A stretch of DNA of 59,135 bases, counting the filler, from Dugesia japonica (Eukaryota): assembly GCA_001938525.1 (NCBI GenBank). It is 5 parts of 5 records of this genome, joined end to end, with 100 filler letters (N's around TTAATTAATTAA, not from the genome) between each part and the next. Parts side by side here need not be neighbours in the genome. Positions count along the whole stretch, not along the records: positions 1 to 17,648 come from MQRL01646195.1; 4 more parts are not named here. One strand, 5' to 3'. Below, piece after piece: positions 1 to 13,930 of the stretch. A program made the position numbers and the translations under genes. How positions within the stretch are numbered: the stretch's first letter is position 1; every line of letters starts with the position of its first letter. The notes below the pieces were generated by a model. It had not been told where the DNA came from. It saw only the letters and a list, made by a program, of their open reading frames with translations, and made no database searches.

Positions 1-821
1 AAATGCATTTGTGATGGTAGAAATATATGCAATAAAAAAAATGTCACTTACAAAATAACATGCACCTTATGTAATGATACATATATATGAGAATCATTCA
101 GAACCATCCGTACAAGAGTTAAAGAACATCTCAAACACTTTCAAAACAAACATAATGTTTTACCAGATAATCATCATATTACATGGAAAACATTAGGAAC
201 AGGCTACATTTCTACACTTCACAGAAAGAAACATGGACAAATATTAATTAAAGAAGATAAACCTCAGATTAATGTAGTGTTCAACAATTACTATATTTGA
301 AAAAAAATATTTTTGATTAAAAAAAAAGTTTATATCAATATCGATAAATAATATTTTTAAAATAAATATATTTTTTATATAAAAAATTTAAAAAACGAAA
401 TAATATTAATTACATATAATATTAATAATATTAATGAAATATATTAATTAGTTGTCCTAGTAGAATTTTAAAGTAATTTTTATTTCAAAAAAAATTAATT
501 TTATAATTTTGTGTAAAATAAGTTCATTTTTTTGAATGAATTTTAAAAAAGAAATTTATAAAAAATAATATTTAAAACATAAATTATGTGTAAAAAACGC
601 AAAACAAAATAAAATTTTTAAAAATTTTCAAAAAAAATACAAAAATTTAAAATTAAAAAATTCTAAGTATAATATATCTATAATGTCTAAAAGACTTTTC
701 TGTATTAATCAAATAAAATTTTTTTGAAATTTTTTGAGTTGATTTAAAAATAAAAAGTAAAAGTTAAAAAAAATAAACCAATAAAATTTCGATAAAATTT
801 AAAGAATTTAGTAACAAAGAT
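1..821 (+). mobile_element. Penelope-like retroelement 3' fragment (degenerate GIY-YIG endonuclease plus AT-rich 3' region)
   Basis: Translates as TYKITCTLCNDTYI*ESFRTIRTRVKEH...LIKEDKPQIN (GIY-YIG CxxC..YIGE..R..EH pattern); 229-821 is closely similar to 30452-31042. Confidence 0.8.
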
Positions 822-2698
822 NNNNNNNNNNNNNNNNNNNNNNNNNNNNNNNNNNNNNNNNNNNNNNNNNNNNNNNNNNNNNNNNNNNNNNNNNNNNNNN
901 NNNNNNNNNNNNNNNNNNNNNNNNNNNNNNNNNNNNNNNNNNNNNNNNNNNNNNNNNNNNNNNNNNNNNNNNNNNNNNNNNNNNNNNNNNNNNNNNNNNN
1001 NNNNNNNNNNNNNNNNNNNNNNNNNNNNNNNNNNNNNNNNNNNNNNNNNNNNNNNNNNTATGTTTTTAATTAAATTATTCTATATTTCAATTAATTTTCT
1101 ATATATTTTATGGAAATTGCTATATACCTATAAGACAGTGTGTATTTATTGAATTTTATGATTATATTAATCAATGTTTTGTAAAGCTTTTTTTTTAAAC
1201 ATGAATATCTATTGCATTTCCTTTGTTTAACTTGCATCACTATTACATATTCTTTGTTGAACTTGTAATACAAATTTAAATTATTCATAATGCACAATTC
1301 TCATTAAGTTCTATGTAATTTTTTAAAAGTTAAAAAGTTAAAAGTTTAAAATTTAAATATAATGCAGAGAAATTCTTTAAGAACAATTCGAGATAAAATT
1401 CTTAAATAACTCATTACGGGAAAATTCTATTCTCCATCATGTAAAAATTCAAAAACTCNNNNNNNNNNNNNNNNNNNNNNNNNNNNNNNNNNNNNNNNNN
1501 NNNNNNNNNNNNNNNNNNNNNNNNNNNNNNNNNNNNNNNNNNNNNNNNNTGTTTTGTCTTTTATTATAATTATTGTATGTTTTTTAAATTTTAAACTTAA
1601 TATTACATAGATTATCAAGTTATTCGGTATTGATAAAAGTGAAATTTTATTAATGACGAAATAATTTACTTTTTAAATAATTATTGAACGAAATTTTTTT
1701 TTTCATAATTAGAAAATTATTAATTAAATAAAATCGTCATTTTAACCGCACGTTTCTAAATTCTAAACATTAAAGAAAATGAGAAAAACATCTTATTTCC
1801 CAATTTATAACACGTAGGCTATATATTCAAAAGAGCGCATTAGAAGAAAAAAATTAACAGTGCTCCAAAAAATCTAAAACATAAGAAGCGTAATATCTAC
1901 TTAATGCTCGTTATCTAAACATTTTTTATTACATAACACATATAAGATATACGTTTTCAATAGTAAATGTGGTAATTCATTAATAAATAAATATTAATTA
2001 TTACAAACGAAGCTAACTTTTTAGTGCGCTTTAAATTTTTAAAGCAAAATTTTTCCAGAATAATTAAGAACCAACTGACGAAAGTAAGTCTTTAACCATA
2101 AAATCTATCTTGAGAAAGTTTCTGTTTCATTCTTTTGCTTCAAATTTATGCTCAACGCTTATTAAACAATATTTTACCAGTTTCCTTTAACTGGTTTATG
2201 TGCCTTAAAATTCATATCCCAAATAACATTATATTTTATAAAATATTCTTTTCTTAATAAATATTATAGTTTTTTTTATTCAACAAACTATGAATAAATT
2301 TATTGTTCCTAGAACATGATTTTTTCACAATTGTTTTTATACAATACAAATCGGTTAAATTTATTTATAGTAGAATCAAAAGCAGGATGACGCCTACTTT
2401 TAAAATTGTCAGGAAGAAATTCATTACTAATTGAGAAGTGTATGCATGCAAAGTGAGAAAAATCACACCTAACACCAATAATTTGTTGAAACAAGCGCAT
2501 TTTTGACCAATTAATATTTATGAAAATAAATGGTAATAAATCAATCTTAAGTCATTATATTTTAACAATATTGAAAATTAATGAGATATATTAATGATCA
2601 CTATTTACAATTTAAATTGTTCAAAATTGTTTGAGCATCAAATTATAAGGAATGTTGTCTTTAACTTTTGAAGTATATCACAGATTTCAAAATATATT

Positions 2699-5600
2699 TT
2701 ATTCATCAATATTTGATGGACTATTTGGATGACTTATCAATGTATTTATATTCGATAAATCTGCTTTGATACGTTTCTTCTTAACAGTGACTGAATTGTC
2801 TTGCGGACTTTTTATTTCATCTTTATTTATATTTTCAGAATCTTGTAATTTATTAATTAAAAATTCTGATGATTTTGTTAGAGAAGCCATTGCAGCAGCA
2901 AATGCCAAAGCTGAAAAATTGGATTGATTTGATCTTGGTGATGGTGGATGTATATAAGGATTATGATTTTTGAATCTGGATTTTAAAATATTGCTTTGAA
3001 ACATAGATGAGAAAAATGGATTAATAGAGTTAGGAGTTGACATGAAAAAGGATGAAATATTTGAAGGAAATTTTGAATTTAAAGATAAAGTTTTAAAAGA
3101 CGAATTAGAATCGTGAAAATCATTAATGTCTTTTTGAATTTGAGGAATAGAAGAAAATGAAAACATTGATGGAATTAATTTATTATTTGTATTAATTAAA
3201 TGATTTGAACGACTAGTATTTAAACCTGGTGAAATAAGCCATGGCTGATGAATAAAACTGTTTGCTGAACTTGGTAGTACAGTTACGTTAGGTGGAGGAA
3301 AGTTGTCTTTGATAGAAACTGAATTGATATTATTATGTAAAGTATCTGTAGAATCCGGGTGTTCAAATATCTCAGCATTTTTGTTTGGTGAAAGACTTCT
3401 GTGAATAGATTTTTCTATTTCTAAATGAGTATCCATTCTTTGTTTCCCAAATGTAGTTGACTGAGATGATGAATCAGGAGTTAAATTAAAATTATCATCT
3501 AGACTTTTTAATTTCTTTGATGTTTTGTTATGATTAATGTCCAATGAAGATGTGTCAATATTTGCTAAATAAAAAAATCGTTTAAAAATATTTGTTTACT
3601 TTTATTGAAAAAAAACCATTTTGTTGCTACCAAAATTAATGACGTCATAAATTAAAAGCAAAACAATTAGCGAGAAACAAATAATTGATTTTCTTTTGAA
3701 AGAACCAAGACAAGTTCAATAATGAACAAATTATCACTCTAAAGACGTGCAAATGAAAGTCAATTTATGTTTCCTGCTTTTCGGTGATATTTCCTTTTTG
3801 CTAATCTCTGAGTAAAGGTGTTTCTAGCAATTGTAACTGATCAAGTTGTGAGCTATCAACAGGAAATTCGGCTGAAAATGCCCATTAGGTTAGCGTAGCC
3901 GAGTCTATATGGAATCTATAAGATTATCTCTAAGAAGCTATATGCAACAAAGTGAAAGTGATAATGTATTAACCGGTTAAAAGCCAATGACATAAATAAG
4001 GAAGCGCTAATGAAAAAAGTAATTTTACAGTCTCATTTGAATGTTAGACATTGTTTTATATTTTTTTAAAAAATATTATACCTGTATCGTTAAATCAATA
4101 TTTACAATGTAACAATTTCAATGTTAATTTGATAAATTCGAACAGGAATTATTTATGCATTGACAAAAAAATTAACCATGCATGTCTATTATCTTTTTTT
4201 TTATTTCTGTTAATTTATTATTTTCTTTAAATAAAAATATTGCACTTTTTTATCTAAGAATTATTAAAATAATTGAAAGTTATAAAAAATATTTGATAAT
4301 TATTTAATTTAATTATTTCATCTGTATTACATAAAAATTAATTTTTTACTTACAATGTTTTCTCTTCAATTTTGGATTCGATAACGTGACTTTAAAGTCA
4401 TTGTAATTTTTATTTTTGTCATGGGATTGATTTAAATCATTTTTATTTATACAATCTTCTATGTCAATATTATCATCACTACACTCACTGATTTCTTCAA
4501 TATTATCTTTTATGCATTTATTGTCAATATCAGATGAGGTTGAAATTGCAGAACTGTTTAATTTCCTTTAGAAAANNNNNNNNNACATACATAGAAACAA
4601 AACTAATTAATACTTTTTTTCTCGTTTTCCTCCACCAGTATCACGGAATCCTTTTGCAAAAGGATTATGATCAATTTTAAGTTGAGTGATCTAAAAAAAA
4701 TAACTAAATTAAATAAATAATAGAAAATCAATTAAATTAAGTAAATAACAATTTTGGTAATTAAACAATATTTGACATATTTAAGTAATTTTTGTTTAAA
4801 TAAGGTAGTATTACATGTATTTGGCCTAAATAAATATTAAATTTGATTCAATATTTTAATCAATAACTAATTTTCGTAATTAATGGAAATTCGATAAATT
4901 TTATAATTTAAAAATTACCTTTTCATTTTGATAGGCCGTTACTCCAATAAACTGAGTTTCCTTGAATACATATGATCGAAAAGTACTATATGGTAATCTC
5001 ATTATATCATTTGCACGTACCAAATGAAATCGTGGTTGATACTTATGCATTGAATTTAATATTGTCTAAAATGGAAATACGTTTTAAATAGTGTAAATAA
5101 TTATAAAGAAATTTAAGTTATTTAAATATTAATTAAATAATTCAGAATCCAAAAAATTATGAGTTGATTAATATATTTATTAATGCGGAGTAAATAAGTG
5201 GACTTCTAAATGAGTTTATTAAATTCCGAACTTTTAAATAATTTTATCTAATAGAAGCATTTTTAGAAGTTAATAGCAAGTCCACACAATTCCAAACTTT
5301 AAAGAAAATTAATTGATTTAAGCGTGAAAATTAATAGATATCAAATTTTTAATAAAAATCAATATTTGATTGAAATAAAATATTTATTTTCAATGATTTT
5401 GTAAATATAAAGTGAATATAGATAGTGGTTACATTTAAGCTTGGTTATACAGGATGTTATGACAAAGTCTTTAGACAATTTCAAAAATTTAATCAAATTA
5501 CATGAAACAGAAAACTGTTGAAGCGTTTAAATAATATCAAGTGATTAATTAAGTTTTTATTCAATTCAAGAGAAAATATAACTGTGTTATCGATTGGTTA

Positions 5601-8600
5601 AACGGAAGATATCCAAACGATTTATTTAATATTATCTTTTATGCATTTATTGTCAATATCAGATGAGATTGAAATTGTAGAATTCTTTAATTTCCTTTAC
5701 AAAAAATTAACATACATAGGAACTAGACTAATTAATACTGTCCCCAGTCTATGTTCTTCCTAGCATGACTTCATCAATGATGTCTAAAGTGGTAGTTATC
5801 CGTTGTTTCACGTCATTTATATTCTCAACCTTGGTTCAATACACATCATTTTTTACGTAACCCCACAAAAATATGGGAACATAGAGGCCACAAAATTGTG
5901 CCATCTCTTCCTAATCAGAGATCAGGAAAAGTTGTATTTAAAAAGTTACGAACATTTCCCAAATTAGATGGTGCGCCATCTTACTGAAAGATATTAGGTT
6001 GTAGATCTTCCAACTGTGCATTCATATTTATTTAATTTCTATTAACTTTTTAAAAATGTCTAAAGACTTTATGAACACCCTGTATATATTTTCTATTATT
6101 CAAAGTGTATGCTTGTAAAATTTCCAAAAACTTCAATTATGTCCTGTATTTTTAGAATCCATTAAAATTAGAAAATGGTTTGTAAGAATATTTGCTATCA
6201 GTTATCTCCTGATTTTTTTCCATAACCAAAGAAATTAGAGAAATGACTTAAATATGTTAAACTCCATTGAAAGTAATATTTACACTTTAAAAATGTTGAA
6301 TAACGTATTGATTTACTTATTTGTGCTTTAATTTAAATTTCAAAAATATTTTAATATTTGTGAACTCGTTATCAGTATTCGTACACAATATTATATTTAA
6401 AGATAAGAAAAATAATATTAACTTTGCTACTGTTATATATCAAATTCTTAACACTAAATATGGCAATAATGTTTTCATTTCTTAACTGATGACATTTTAC
6501 TGTACACAAATAAATGCCTATGAAAATACAAATTTAATAAGATTTGTATAACATTTTTAAAATTCAATTCAGCACTTTTATTCAAATTGATTTTTTAACT
6601 TNNNNNNNNNNNNNNNNNNNNNNNNNNNNNNNNNNNNAAAAAGTTAAGGAAAAACAAATCATCGCAAACAATTTTTATTTCTAGTATACAAATTAAGTTG
6701 TAAATTTGAATTGGTCTTTAATAACAAAACATAATTTTAAGAGTTTTGGGAGGAAATTTTACAACTATTTCATGGATGTTTCATAAGCTAATTTAATTTG
6801 CTATCCATCTGATCTCATATTGATATTATGTTTAACGACTTGATGTTATTATCTTTATTATTAATCCTTTATTGATTTCGTGACAAGAAATATATAGCAC
6901 TGAAAAAATAATTCCCACTAAGTATCACAACATGACATAGGGAATATAATTGATATCCCATGGTACATGAATAACCAATAGAGAACAGTTAGAGTCTGAT
7001 TATAGACAAACAAGAAGTCACATTGTACCTCTAGAGAAATTTTGATGGATAATCACAGGTAATCAGTAATATATAAAAGTGCATTGACTTTCCACTAACT
7101 CAACTGTTCCTAGACAGAGAAGTGAGCTACTCTCATTATTCATATCTTGATGGGGAGTTTTCCACACGCTTTCTGTCAGTTTTGCCAGCTAAATCTAAAC
7201 TTACTGATAAATTGATGAGAAAGAAAAAGAGTAGATTTTGCACGCCAATAATAACAAATTGAAAGATTTAAAATTCATCGATAATATTAATATCCGTTTT
7301 AACAATAAACTGATAGTATCTTACCATACCAAATTTTAATTCATATATCAAAATTAAAATTGATTTTAGAAATATTCAAAATATAGAAATAATTTTTTAT
7401 CAAAAATATTAATTTAACATAAGTATATCATCTTTTATTTATTTTGTTATTTCAATAGTTTTATACTTGCATATTTTGTTTTATAAATGTATGTATATTT
7501 ATAAATGTATGTTCACTTACAAAGCCATGTTTATCTGATATATTATTTGTCAGTTTCAGTTTATGAAATGATATAATTTTTTGCATCCACTGTTCACCTG
7601 TAGTAGGCGAATCAGGGTGAATATACATTCTTTTAGGCATTTCAGGATCAGCTTTACCAGCTACCATCCACTGATTATTGTGAAATTTATACCTGCAATC
7701 ATCTACAGCAACAACATCCATGAGCATTATGTATTTTGCACGTTTATCCAAACCACTAACTTGAACTTTGTAAGGAGGAAACATTCGTCTAAATTAAAGG
7801 AAATTTTTAAATAAACGTTTTACATCTAGTAATATGAGCATGATTTTATTTACTTTGAAATATGAACAGAATATACAAATGAGTATCAATACTAAAAAAC
7901 CATACTACACAGTAAAATATGGCGTCAAAGGAACAATGTCGTTGAAATAATTTGGCAAACAATTGTGAGCGGTGATCATTTAGATAGTTATCTGATACTG
8001 CGAGGCAAAAAGCGATAAAATTGCTCAAAACCATTTGACTAGCTCTGAGTTTATAGTTTACGCAAGACTAGTCAATCTAGTGATCTTGGCGTCATTTCTG
8101 CTAGCACCTGTTTCGATACTGGCTGGTCTTAGTGACTCAAATTTTATCTATTTTGGCATCGTATTTGTATTGTACTGTTGTATTTAGAAATAACGAATTA
8201 TAGTTACCAATATGAGTTCTGTTTTGTATTCTAATCACTTATTGGTTTATTTATGCATGACGCCTTTAGACTATGTATTTTATTCACAAACACTATATTT
8301 GACAGTAAACTTTATGGCGACTTTTATTATGTCTTATTATGGCAGATGTATTTGTATCATACTTTTCTAGTAATTGGCGCCGTTATTTATTAATACAGCC
8401 TGATTTTATTATAATCTTGTACCCATACTATTTATTATTAAATGAATAAAAATTTTCAATAAAATATATATTTATGATTTAACAGTTTCTGAAAAAAGTA
8501 TTGATTTTTAATTTATTAATACTTTAATATTAAAAAACGTTACATAAGTAATAAACATGTTTGCCTCAATTTTGTGGTGTGAAATAAAATTCAGATAAAC

Positions 8601-10378
8601 ATTCATCACGATTTGACAGTATTTACCAATGGATATCAATGTTTAAATCTCAAATAATTACATAATGTCATTATTAAATCAGTACCACAAATGTAAATGT
8701 CATACCAATTTAGACGTGTGGCTATTCACGGTAAATTTTTATGTATTTGGATATTAACCAGTTTACATCATACCCTGTAAATTCTTATCTTGATATAATC
8801 TTTTTTATTTAAAGAATTAACAATTGAGCTAATTATCAAACTGTTGAATTTTCGGAGACGTTATAGTGTTGAGCCCATTTCAACCGTACTAGCTTAAAAT
8901 ATTTTTGGATAACAACAAAATAAAATCATGTTTATTGAGTAGTTTTAAAGAAAACATACTCTAAAATTTAAAGAAATAATTATATTTTAAATATTAACTC
9001 ACCTGAAACATGTGTCAAAAATTGTTTTAAAATTTCTTTCAGTAATAATAATTGCTTGGTATAAAATTAACATCTGTGGTGTTTTAGTGAATTTTAAATT
9101 GCTGAATAATGATTAATTTTCCCAGCGTTTCAAAACTGAAAATAAGATCACGCTAACAGCACCAAACTTGTGACAATATATCGCATTTTCTGTGAAGACT
9201 GATAATGAAAATAGACCGTTAGCGTTGGTCATTACTCTTTAAAGCTAGGTAAGAAGACAATTTAGAGAGAGAAATTACTCTCCTGTGACCTGATTATTCT
9301 TAGTCGATATCTATATCATTTGTTCATTGCTAGGGCTATTCAATGTGTCAGTGTTCTCGGATAAGATTTATGGGATGATCACTGCTGAAGCTGCTCAAGA
9401 TGTGAAACACTTGAAATTTCTCAAGCACCAGCATTACATACAGACACACTTGCTATATCGAGATGAACACCGATATTATGATTACTTAATCAGATAATAT
9501 GCAACTATTTATCTGAACAGTCTTTCACAGAATTCTTAACTGAAATGGGTCAAGCTTCTCTGTTAAGGGACGGGGAGGAGATTGGTGACAGAGAATCGAC
9601 ACATTATCGGCAAATAATGAATTATTTATTAGCAGGGGAAACTGGTCAATCGGTATAAGTGCTTGAAGAATAAATTATCGTTTGTTTAACCCGGGAAAAA
9701 TTACAACAGTTTTATAGTTTATCGCACGTAATTAACGGCACATTATTTGTACACAAATCAATAAAATTCTCAATAAAAACTTAAAAATTTATTTCTTTTC
9801 CAAAAAAATTAAATTTTTCAATGCAATATGAATAAAGTATTTTTCAATTAAAAAATAATCTAGAACCAAATTCAAATTTCGACAAATTTAGATTAAGAAA
9901 ATTTCAATCATGTATAATTTGGAAATTTTAATTGACAATTTTATTAAAGGTATAAATGAAAATATAATTTTAATTATTAGAATTATAATTTATAGAAATT
10001 AAAATAATTATTTTGAAAAAACACTAAATACCTGCCACTTTTTGTAATAACCATTTCTGTTCCATAAGTATGAAATTGTTCCCATAAGTCCCGATCAATA
10101 AGTTCAACTTTAGGATCATCCTTTACATCTTGGTCATTTATTTGATCCGGTATATTTCTGGAATTTGGATTGAAAATATCTGGAGGTAAGAATGGATAAT
10201 TTGCTAAATTAGTGGAATGTGTCATTCCTTGTTTTCCCATTAATAAACTACTATAATTTATAGGAAAACTTGATAAAGTAGGTAGAAAGGAAGGTGTTGC
10301 TGAATTAATAAATGGATGATCATTAATATTTCTATTTGAATGATAAGAGTGGATTCCCAAAAAAGGATTAAAAGCCAT
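2699..10378 (-). CDS. tbx2/3: T-box transcription factor Tbx2/3 (omb-like), 6 exons, 638 aa
   Basis: Exons 10378-10032, 7788-7521, 5065-4919, 4690-4614, 4565-4354, 3564-2699, all GT-AG with matching phases (1917 nt). N-terminal MAFNPFL; T-box motifs [78 protein letters not shown]. Confidence 0.95.
5450..6082 (-). mobile_element. Internally deleted Tc1/mariner-superfamily (maT-like) transposon in tbx2/3 intron 2
   Basis: Imperfect TIRs CAGGATGTTATGACAAAGTCTTTAGACA / TGTCTAAAGACTTTATGAACACCCTG flanked by TA; transposase relics DGAP and LWGYVKNDV on - strand. Confidence 0.8.
7920..8381. promoter_or_regulatory. Candidate intronic enhancer with five GGCGNC (Smad1/5/Mad-type) motifs
   Basis: TGGCGTC 7920 and 8087, GACGCC 8259, TGGCGAC 8315, TGGCGCC 8375, in a locally GC-richer non-repeat island; function inferred. 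Confidence 0.4.
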
Positions 10379-11100
10379 TCATAAATATAAGAAAACTAAA
10401 TTGGTGTTGATAAAATTCAAATTAAATATACATGCTTGACGTCTAAATAGAGTTTCTTTAGATGAGCTAGGAAATAATTTTAGTACAAAGATGTACGCGC
10501 TGGTGTTAACAGTTACTTTTGATTGGATGCTGAGAATACGAAAACAACCAATTAAATCAACGGCAAGATGCTTATTTGCTGCGCTATAGTGAGATGATGT
10601 GTAAGTTGCAGACAGATGATCTATACTAGGGAGAGTGTTATGAAGCTGGGCACTGACACCATATGCAGCAGCTCTCACTCATCAGAGGACTGGCGTGGAT
10701 TAATGGCATTCCACCAAGCAGTTTTAAGAAAACTGGCGCCACGTTTGTAGTATTATAAATGGACCAGATAATGTTACCGATGTATATTCAATAAATTTTA
10801 ATCATTTTTGGCGTCCATAGTTTACACCTAAATATGCTCTAATGTGGAAAGTGTATGCATGTGACACCAGTTCTATTACATTATATTGAAATACATTTAC
10901 ACTTTTAAGAAGCTTACAGCTTGCAGACAAGTGATTGGAGCTGGAGTTAAAAAGAAAGTTTGCAGCTGATGCTCGCAAGCGCCACCTCGTGTCGTCTATT
11001 CGTGTTTGTCGAAGTTCATTAATTACCCATCTTTTATCAATTGCCTTTTCTTCAATTGTCGTTTTTCATGAAAGAAAAGCGGTTTGCGTTTTAAAGATAT
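10379..11100 (-). promoter_or_regulatory. Probable tbx2/3 5' UTR / proximal promoter region
   Basis: GC-richer unique sequence directly upstream of the ATG; TGGCGCC 10734, TGGCGTC 10809; T-box-like half sites TTACACCT 10822 and TGACACCA 10862. Confidence 0.4.
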
Positions 11101-11605
11101 TTGTGTTCAAATTGAAGTAATAATTATACGTTTGTGAACAGATTAATTAGAGACAATTATTTTACGTACACTAAAACATTTCACCTAAAAATATCAGAAA
11201 TTGCAGTTTTAATTCTTTTGCTTAATAAGTTTTCAAAATTTTTAAAATTATATTTAAATTAATTTCCTTTTAGTATTGTATATAAAAGGTAATTATGGAA
11301 ATAATTATTGTGAGATTATTTAAATTTTCAAGATTAAAAGGAAAGACGATGTTACAAACAAAACGAAAATATTTCAAAAAAACACTAAATTTTATAATTC
11401 ATTAGGCGAATTGATTTCAAGTTAACTCTACTGAGTTAATTTTATGTTTAAAATTTAAACTAAATTCATTCTAAAATAAGTATCTAGTCTTAATGTAAAA
11501 ACTTGTTTTAACACGGTAATTTTAAGCAAATTAAGATAAAAGGGTTTACAATTTTTTTTATTAGCAAAACTAAATAAATAAAAATGATATTTTATTAAAA
11601 TTATT

Positions 11606-11776
11606 AATTCATTAAAATAAAAGCTTCGATCAAAATTTGTTTTTTTGGTTTTTGAGGATGAATTATTTTCAAAAACCAAAAAAATAAATTTTGATCGAAG
11701 CTTTTATTTTAATGAATTCTGAAAAACGATCAATCGTTATGTCCAACGATTATTCTCGCAATAATTGCAATTGTAA
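11606..11776 (+). mobile_element. Fold-back Penelope-type 3' tail insertion (about 50-bp arm hairpin)
   Basis: Arms 11606-11655 and 11669-11718 are near-perfect inverted repeats; followed by CGATCAAT..GTCCAAC.ATTATTCTCGCAATAATTGCAATT shared with 28030-28080 and 31172-31220. Confidence 0.65.
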
Positions 11777-13239
11777 AAAAAATATTAAGATTAAGAATCC
11801 ATTTTCTTGTTTCTGTGAAAGAAAAGAATCATCAATTTAACATTTTGAAATTAATCATAAACGTTTAAAATTAAATCCGATATAAAAATAACGAATTATG
11901 CGAAAAAATATATTTATTAGAAATTAGACTTTCTCCCAAATTTTGATAAAAATAGGAGTTTCAATTAAGAGGAATTCTACATTAGGAATTTTAAGTTAAA
12001 AATATATAAGTGTGCAAAATAATATTTAAATTTTTAATGAGCAGAAAATATTTGTTTGTTCAAAGTCAAACACAAAAGATGTTTATATAATCATTTTAAA
12101 GAAATTAAATTGAAGTCAAAATTTATGAATGTTGACAATATTAAGTCAGACGAGAATCATTTATTTAAATTGGAAACTTCTGAAGTTGCTGATGGATAAT
12201 TTTCTTTTTAAGAAATTTTTATGACGTATAAAGAAATTTGATGTAAACGAAAACGAAAATTTTTCAAAAAATAAAAAATTAGAATTACTAATTACAATTT
12301 CTTTTATAAATTCACTCTTATAAATCAAAGTATTATACAAATAATTTTAAAAATTTATGAGTGTCTAAGTATAATTGGATTGATATTTGGCTTATGGCCC
12401 TGCAATAAATAAAACTGACGGCTCCTGGAGACGTCTGATTCTGGTAAAAAAAGTTTTCTAAAGGCAAATCTTCCTTTCGATTCGATACATTGTGAGCGAT
12501 AGAAGCACTAAGAGTATTTATGGTTAACTTTATACCGTCTTTACAAAAAATAGCATTAAACTTTATTATCTTTTCATATTAAACACATTTTGACATGGAT
12601 AGTCACTTGGGCTGTTACATTTACTTTTTAAATGTTAATTAGACTACTGGCCCACAAAATTAAAATTTGTGAAGAATTCATGTACACTTTATAATGAATT
12701 TTGTTTTTTTGCATTTATAAATTTTTATAGTGGCTTAAGGTTTACTTATTTATGATTTATTATTTATTTATTTACTATTTATGATTTTAAATAATAAATT
12801 TTTGTAATCTAAAGAAAACATCACTAGTTTTCAGGATAAAAATTAATAATTAATGACAGATAGACTAGCATCAAAACTTTATCACTTATTCGTGATTTTA
12901 ATTTATTGATTTTGATCATGTGCAGAGCATGCAAATTACTAGGAAATTGAAATCGGTAAAAAATAAGTCATTTCCTTTAATTTATCGGGTATTTTGAAAA
13001 TATTAAAAAGTTGACATTATGGCATTATAATATGGTAGAAAATAAAGACTTGCAAAAAAATGTATCAATAAAACAGTTCTGTAATACGAAAATCATTTTT
13101 TATTTCATTCAAAACGTTATAATATAACAAAGTTTATATATAATATTATATAAGAAACCCAATACTGAAAAAAAATTTCGATAAAGATAATAAAACATTT
13201 TTTTGCGCAAATTATTTCTATAATTCTTTTTCAGAAGAG

Positions 13240-13930
13240 GAATTGTAGTAAGCCTTTAAAAAACAACATATTTAATCATCTAGACTGAATCTAATTTTGG
13301 TGCAGATTGCTAAGGCTGCAGAGAAAGCTCTCTCCGACTCCACACTAGTTGGCTAAATTGTCATCAAATATTTGAATGCCAGTTCCAAATACTTTCCTCA
13401 AACTTTTTCTACGTCAAAATACGCCTTTTCTCTTCTTACCGCCTCCATTAAATCATAAACAAAGTTAGCGGTCTGACATTCCGGTAGAAATTTCGTTTTT
13501 TGTTTTACAAAATACTGAAGCTTATTTTTCAGTGATACTTCAGCAACCGGCGACTTAGTTGGTCTTAAAACTTTAAGTAAGTTTTGATTCCTATCACATT
13601 AACAATTTCTTCATTTTTATTCCTTAATTGTCTTATTAACGAAACGGGTTTACTTATATTTGCTGTGTTGATTGAAAATAATATACTCGTCACAGTAATT
13701 TTTAAAGACTTGTGCATGTGATTACCTTCTTTAGATCTTTCCTTTTCGCTCGAAGAGGTTCCGAATAGTTCTCGTTTTTTTATAAAATTATTTTATGTTT
13801 TCGTTTCAGGTGAGCATGTAAGCCGCTTGAACTTCCGCTCAGAGTTTTTATTGATTTCCCACATTTGTTGTTATTTCCAATATCTGTATTCTTATCTTTT
13901 GTGTGTTCAAAGTAATGCCACACATATTTA
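13240..13930 (-). mobile_element. Degenerate hAT transposase remnant
   Basis: hAT dimerisation motif PTSVESERAFSAA..CTKIR on - strand; many stops; boundaries approximate. Confidence 0.65.

Noticed and set aside
2075-2092. Hammerhead-like CTGACGAAAG
   Set aside because: No stem II or pairing arms
10379-10678. 99-aa ORF abutting the tbx2/3 start
   Set aside because: Non-ATG start, no recognisable motif, ends in a stop just before the conserved MAFNPFL start; likely 5' UTR or promoter
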